A stretch of DNA of 64,000 nt from Thermoplasmatota archaeon (lineage in GTDB: Archaea; Thermoplasmatota; Penumbrarchaeia; Penumbrarchaeales; Penumbrarchaeaceae), in the NCBI GenBank assembly GCA_965234725.1, contig CBDDUX010000007.1:63293-127292 (forward strand), given 5' to 3'. The translations under genes were made by a program, and so were the position numbers. Positions within the stretch are counted from its first letter, which is position 1. Every line of letters begins with the position of its first letter. Shown in pieces: positions 58,833 to 64,000 of this stretch. Below the pieces are notes generated by a model that saw only the letters and a list, made by a program, of their open reading frames with translations, made no database searches and was not told where the DNA came from.

Positions 58833-61800
58833 ATGCAAAATGGAATGAGCAAGAGAACAAAGATCATTATTCCGGTCTTTATCGTCGGTCTATTCCTTCT
58901 ATCATCCTTTGCAATGATAGATTTTTCAGCCGATGAAAAGGTTTCGGGCGAAGTAACTATGGACGAAACGACCGGCATCGAAAGGCTTTCAGGCGTCCTT
59001 AAACTGTCAGATAATGATGCCAACCAGCAGTTCTACGGAACAACCCAGTACGATTACTCAGGTGCGGCTGTCCAATCTGGTGATGTTAACGGAGATGGAA
59101 TGGATGACGTCATCGTTGGTGCCAGAGGTGCTTCAAGCTATGCTGGTGAGATCTGGATCTTCTACGGTGGTACTAATACTGCAGCCGAAGTTCCGGATAC
59201 CAACGCAGATGTTGTCTTATCAAATCCGCGAGGCGGATCCGGCTACATGGGAGAAAGCATAGGTGTTGGAGATGTTGACGGTGATGGTATCGATGATATA
59301 ATCGCCGGCAACATGTATGCAAACAGTTACAGGGGTGAAGCCTACATTTGGTTCGGGAGCCAGAGCCTACCCAGCTCGTCAAATAAACCCGATGTTACTT
59401 TTTCAGGTGAAGCAGGATATTCTTCCTCCACTTATTTCGGTCAGGACATATGGGCTGACGATCTTGACGGTGACGGTATCGATGATGTCATGGTGGTTGA
59501 ACCTTACTGGTATGAACGCCTCTATAAAAATGAATATTTCGGGGGAAAGACAGCATACATCCAATACAATTACACCGGACTGGCTTTCATTTTCTGGGGT
59601 AGGTCCAGAAGTGAATGGGGCCAGAATGGAGGAAAGTTCTCCTGCGATAACGAGGATTGGGACGTCAGGATCAAAGGATGGTGCCCCGCTCCAACTTCCG
59701 GAAGCAGGTATGCTCGGATGGGATACTATGGAGGTCAGTGCTTTGGATCAGGAGATTTCAATGGAGACGGATACAATGATCTGGCCATAAGCACTGGATA
59801 CTATAATTACATCTATTACGACACCAACAGCTACTACAGCTATGGTGGAGTGGTCTGGCTGATTCCTGGAAGGAGCAGAGCTGAATGGACCCAGTGGGGC
59901 GGACATTACGACCTGCTTGGCAGGCAAGGAGATTATATGATGTTCACCCAGAGGGCTTCATCGGTGTATTCCGGATACAATCCCAGACTGGGTGACCTTA
60001 ACGGAGACGGACTGGATGATCTGGCCTTCGGCAGTTATTATGGAGATGGTTACTCCGGGATCGTCTATGTGGTCTTCGGAACAACCTCTGATAAATACAA
60101 GAATGGAACATTCTATGATGAATACCCATACGGTGGTTATTACAACGATATCGAAAAGGTCTGGGACATAAGGATCACCGGAGAATCCAATTCCTACATG
60201 GCGCAGATATGGATCGATGATTTCGATGGTGACGGGATAGGTGACCTGTTGACTGGTGGATATTATGCTCCTTCAGGTTCAACAAAATATGCACAGGGAG
60301 GTGTCTATCTGTTCTACGGAAGAACTGACTGGCCAACTGGTAAGATGAACACCGGAGATGCGGATTTCACAATATACGGTGATGAACAATACACCTATCT
60401 TGGCTATTATTACTACCAGGGCCTGGGAAGTGGTGACTTCAACAATGACGGAGTGGCAGATCTTCTCATGGGAGGTTACGGAACTTACGGACCCTCTAAC
60501 GCTGCTTATTCCGGTTCTACCTATATGTATCTGACAAAACAGCCGGAAATGGAACTCTACACCCCAGAGATACTGGATGCCGATGGATACGATGGAAAGA
60601 CGGTCCTTCCAGGTTCCGGAGGAGCGGTGAACAAAGCACAAGATAAGGTAGGAGATGGTGTCTACTCTATCACTACGGGATACAACGATACATGGACCGT
60701 ATATGAGGTTAAAGAGGTAAGGGTTATCTTCCAGCTCAAAGGAGCTCTTAGGGACTTCAGATACGTTATGGGATTCAGTCTTAACAACCAGTCTTTCTAC
60801 ATGTTGGAAAATCCCATCGGAGGCATGGCTCTTGTTCTGGATGAATGTACCTTCAACGTGACCAGCACACTTTCAGTGGATGTCAAGTTCTCATTCATGT
60901 TCTATTCATGGTTCCTGACACAGGACCTCTTCGATGTAATAGTCCAGTGCGAGAACGGCGGGGCCATAAAGGAATATGTCATGGAAGACAGACTCCACCT
61001 CGAAAAGGATATCACATTCCTTGGCGATGATTTTGTGGTCACAAGGGATGGGGTGCCAATTCAAAGAGGAGACTTCGTAGACGGTGGAAAACCCATCAAT
61101 GTCAGAGGACTGCAGGTCGTTTTCGAAGGAACCGATATCTCACCACAGAATGACAGATACTTCGTAAGGATAACGGACACATACTCGAGGATATTCGAGG
61201 ACAAGACCTCTGCCGGAAGGGAGATACTGTTCGAGATACCGACAACCGTCAACTCAGGAGTATACAGGTTCTCGGTCCAGATACTCATCTACAAGGAATA
61301 CTTCAACTACATGGAAGAAACAACTGTCGTCCCCATGTTCTACATCAACCTGGACTTCGACGGACCGGAAGCACCGACCAACCTGCAGTTCCATGCAGAC
61401 AGTCCCACAGATCCGGAGAACAGATGGGACAACGATCATGAGGTATGGCTCAGCTGGGACCCGGCATACGACACACAGCAGGGGGTCAAGGGATACTTCA
61501 TCGAAGTTTCGTCCGGCTCAAGAGCAATGACAACAACATACATCGACGAGGGAACATCAACAAACCTCACACTCGAGGGAACAGGAACCATCACGGCAAG
61601 GGTCTACGGAATTGACGATTCTGGAAACATAGGAATGGCCACAACAACAAGGATCATCATTGACATGGGAGAGATCAAGGTCATCGATGCACAACCCACA
61701 TACATGGGAAACATGTGGTACAGGGACACGGAGATGACCGTCAAATTCGCCATATCCGACCAGACATCAGCTGCCAACGGACCTAAGCTGGATATTACGA

Positions 61801-63608
61801 CACTCGAGTATACAGTTACTTCTGACATGTCCGAAGCTGCCAAGACTTCCGCAGAATGGACAAAGGTCAGAGAATACAACATACTGGACGAAGAGAAGTT
61901 CCTTGACCAAGTCCTTTACACAATGGAGGCAAGGGTCAAGGTCACTGAAGGAAAGGACAACTATGTATGGTTCAGGGTAGGAGACGGAGTGGGCAACTCA
62001 GGAGAAACAATGCTCTTCGATGCTCAGGCCGCCATCGACATGGCACAGGAGTTCGTAGATTCCCAAGCCAACTGGACAACAGAGGAGAAGACAGAATACA
62101 TGACAGGGGCAACAGAGGACGCATACGACATGGCAGACATGGTCAACCCCGCAAGGATTTGGGTCGACATGACACCTGTAACATTCTCCACACCCACACC
62201 ATCAAGCGATCCATTGGAAGAAAAGAGAGTCTCTGCAACTGTCCAGGTCTCTGATCTTGGAAGTCTTGTGGACGCAAATAGCATCCAGTATTCAGTTTCA
62301 AGGAACGGGATCACCAACTACGGTGGCTGGATCAATATCGACACAGCAGTGGATGGATCCAACATACTGGCAAGGACGGTGCAGCCGCTCCTGTTCGAAC
62401 CAGGAACAACCAACTACATCAGATGGAGAGCAAAGGACATTGCAGGGAACGGATACACGGTCTCGGACGACTATGCAATCGTAATAGAGGGTCTGGTCGT
62501 CAACAACCCGCCGGTCTCAGAGATACTATCACCAGTGATGAGCGAGGTCTTCAACACCAAACAGACAATATCATTCGACGGAACTGGATCTACGGATCCT
62601 GATTTCGACGATATCTCTTATTCATGGATATTGGGAAACAGGACCACCATAAGCACAGAACCACAGTTCGAAATCCCTGCAGCTCAACTAGGGCCGGGAC
62701 CACATGTGATCACACTTGAGGTCACAGATGGACAGTGGAGGGTCACAAGCTCCATTTCCATCTTCGTCAAGACACATCCTGACGAGGTGGATACCGACGG
62801 AGATGGTGACCCGGACGGATCCGATCAGGATGACGACAACGATGGAATACCGGACATCAAGGAACTCGAAATGGGAACCAATCCCAGACTGAAGGATACT
62901 GACCTGGACGGTAAAAACGATAAGCTTGATCCGGAACCGCTCAACCCACTGGTTGTAGAAGAAGAGAATGTGGACAATGAAGTGACATATTACACAGTAA
63001 TGTCACTCATGATCGTTCTGGCTGTGGTGATACTTCTGATAGGATCATTGCTGGTCCTCAGAAGAAAATCGTCCATGGAAAAGGAAAGGATCGAGAGAGC
63101 GGTCCTCGCAGAGGGGAAGATCGTATCAAGATATGAAGAGCTGACAGGAGTTGGAGCACCTCTCCTACCACAGGTCAGGGAAATGGGGCTCAGCCTCCCA
63201 CCGGTGGCAGCACAACAGGTCGCACCCATGAAGAAAGCTAAGGAGCTTGCTAAGACACCTTCCCTCCCTGCAGTGGAGAAGAAGATCGAAAAGGCAGAAC
63301 CAATGGCAGCTCCCGCACCTGCATCCGAACCCATGCCTGCTCCGGCACCCGAACCTGAGGATAATGCGCCGGCACCAAGGAGAAGGATAAGGAGAAAGAA
63401 CGCAGAAGAAACCTCAACCACACCTGGAGACATACCAAAACCAGAAGATCTCACAGCAACAGCTGCCCTGCCCGGATCTGCGGAAAAGATGGATAATGAC
63501 TCCGGAATGATTACAACCACCTGCGACCTCTGCGGATCGTCCATTGACGTTCCAAAGGGATCGAACAGCGTGGAATGTCCTCTTTGTGGTGAAAAGAAAA
63601 ACCTATGA
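58833..63608 (+). CDS. Giant anchored surface protein: integrin-alpha-like FG-GAP propeller, Ig-like stalk, PKD-like, TSP3-like, TM, Pro/Ala-rich tail with terminal Zn ribbon
   Basis: Seven (G/D)Dx(N/D)GDGxxD-type repeats; NNPP...FDGTGSTDPD...YSW; TM followed by RRK; CDLC...CPLC; GAGGTGA RBS. Confidence 0.88.
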   Translation: MQNGMSKRTKIIIPVFIVGLFLLSSFAMIDFSADEKVSGEVTMDETTGIERLSGVLKLSDNDANQQFYGTTQYDYSGAAVQSGDVNGDGMDDVIVGARGASSYAGEIWIFYGGTNTAAEVPDTNADVVLSNPRGGSGYMGESIGVGDVDGDGIDDIIAGNMYANSYRGEAYIWFGSQSLPSSSNKPDVTFSGEAGYSSSTYFGQDIWADDLDGDGIDDVMVVEPYWYERLYKNEYFGGKTAYIQYNYTGLAFIFWGRSRSEWGQNGGKFSCDNEDWDVRIKGWCPAPTSGSRYARMGYYGGQCFGSGDFNGDGYNDLAISTGYYNYIYYDTNSYYSYGGVVWLIPGRSRAEWTQWGGHYDLLGRQGDYMMFTQRASSVYSGYNPRLGDLNGDGLDDLAFGSYYGDGYSGIVYVVFGTTSDKYKNGTFYDEYPYGGYYNDIEKVWDIRITGESNSYMAQIWIDDFDGDGIGDLLTGGYYAPSGSTKYAQGGVYLFYGRTDWPTGKMNTGDADFTIYGDEQYTYLGYYYYQGLGSGDFNNDGVADLLMGGYGTYGPSNAAYSGSTYMYLTKQPEMELYTPEILDADGYDGKTVLPGSGGAVNKAQDKVGDGVYSITTGYNDTWTVYEVKEVRVIFQLKGALRDFRYVMGFSLNNQSFYMLENPIGGMALVLDECTFNVTSTLSVDVKFSFMFYSWFLTQDLFDVIVQCENGGAIKEYVMEDRLHLEKDITFLGDDFVVTRDGVPIQRGDFVDGGKPINVRGLQVVFEGTDISPQNDRYFVRITDTYSRIFEDKTSAGREILFEIPTTVNSGVYRFSVQILIYKEYFNYMEETTVVPMFYINLDFDGPEAPTNLQFHADSPTDPENRWDNDHEVWLSWDPAYDTQQGVKGYFIEVSSGSRAMTTTYIDEGTSTNLTLEGTGTITARVYGIDDSGNIGMATTTRIIIDMGEIKVIDAQPTYMGNMWYRDTEMTVKFAISDQTSAANGPKLDITTLEYTVTSDMSEAAKTSAEWTKVREYNILDEEKFLDQVLYTMEARVKVTEGKDNYVWFRVGDGVGNSGETMLFDAQAAIDMAQEFVDSQANWTTEEKTEYMTGATEDAYDMADMVNPARIWVDMTPVTFSTPTPSSDPLEEKRVSATVQVSDLGSLVDANSIQYSVSRNGITNYGGWINIDTAVDGSNILARTVQPLLFEPGTTNYIRWRAKDIAGNGYTVSDDYAIVIEGLVVNNPPVSEILSPVMSEVFNTKQTISFDGTGSTDPDFDDISYSWILGNRTTISTEPQFEIPAAQLGPGPHVITLEVTDGQWRVTSSISIFVKTHPDEVDTDGDGDPDGSDQDDDNDGIPDIKELEMGTNPRLKDTDLDGKNDKLDPEPLNPLVVEEENVDNEVTYYTVMSLMIVLAVVILLIGSLLVLRRKSSMEKERIERAVLAEGKIVSRYEELTGVGAPLLPQVREMGLSLPPVAAQQVAPMKKAKELAKTPSLPAVEKKIEKAEPMAAPAPASEPMPAPAPEPEDNAPAPRRRIRRKNAEETSTTPGDIPKPEDLTATAALPGSAEKMDNDSGMITTTCDLCGSSIDVPKGSNSVECPLCGEKKNL

Positions 63609-63621
63609 GCATAAGTGATGC

Positions 63622-63664
63622 TGAACGCCCCGATCATTTCAAGGGGCGTTCATTTTTTTTTTTT
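63622..63664 (+). terminator. Hairpin plus T-run terminator
   Basis: TGAACGCCCC...GGGGCGTTCA 10-bp stem followed by 12 T, just after the stop at 63608. Confidence 0.8.
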
Positions 63665-64000
63665 GGAAAATTTCAAATTACTAACTTACTCCTTTAAAAA
63701 TTTTCATGAATCATCTAATTCGCATGAAAATATTAAGGAAAATTTTTCCGATGAATAATATCTCCTAAAATCTTATAAATCTAAATTGCGATAGGAGTCT
63801 GGACAGTGGGCAGTTTTATTTTTGACAACGCATTCAATCCTCTCTTCTAATTCCCCGCTGTCCCGGAAGGCGGGCCATCTCCTGCGGGAGTTCTTCCCGT
63901 CTTCCTCTCTCATAATTTCTTTTGAATTTTCTTTGTTTTTATAATACTAATCTTTAAATATACCAGGTATCTCTTCATTATGAGTGATGGCAATGGTAGA

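Noticed and set aside
63850-63905. CCCGGAAGG as SRP RNA helix 8
   Set aside because: Flanking CAGG and AGCAG conserved bases are missing and the GC-rich stretch is far too short.
63980-64000. GGCAATGG as the start of a fluoride riboswitch
   Set aside because: More simply the start of an ORF (MSDGNGR) after a TATA-like TTTAAATA; truncated by the window edge.

Overview
Archaeal chromosomal window, most likely Thermoplasmatota (inferred from the CoaD-NTPase and Kae1-Bud32 fusions, the rpl44e-rps27e-aIF2alpha-nop10-PAC2 and rpoK-rps2-MEMO1 gene orders, and GGTGA-type ribosome-binding sites). Housekeeping genes (translation, tRNA modification, pyrimidine, CoA and pterin metabolism, repair, surface glycosylation) alternate with seven large membrane-anchored surface proteins. 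Three short genes missed by the ORF track were found by hand: nop10, rpl40e and rpoK. Two things stand out. (1) A cluster of three Orc1/Cdc6 origin-recognition-box (ORB)-like sequences at 21121-21280, a candidate oriC with no cdc6 gene in the window. (2) Directly beside it, a ~13 kb accessory island: a winged-helix/TPR regulator, then two modules that each consist of a near-identical promoter plus a secreted caspase/legumain-fold protein with both catalytic residues apparently replaced by Asn, a soluble secreted repeat protein, and an anchored adhesin-like protein. The island ends with an orphaned AbrB-type antitoxin, a deleted PIN toxin and a frameshifted surface-protein remnant. No tRNA, rRNA, CRISPR array, integrase or transposase was recognised. 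All family assignments come from motif recognition by eye, not from database searches.
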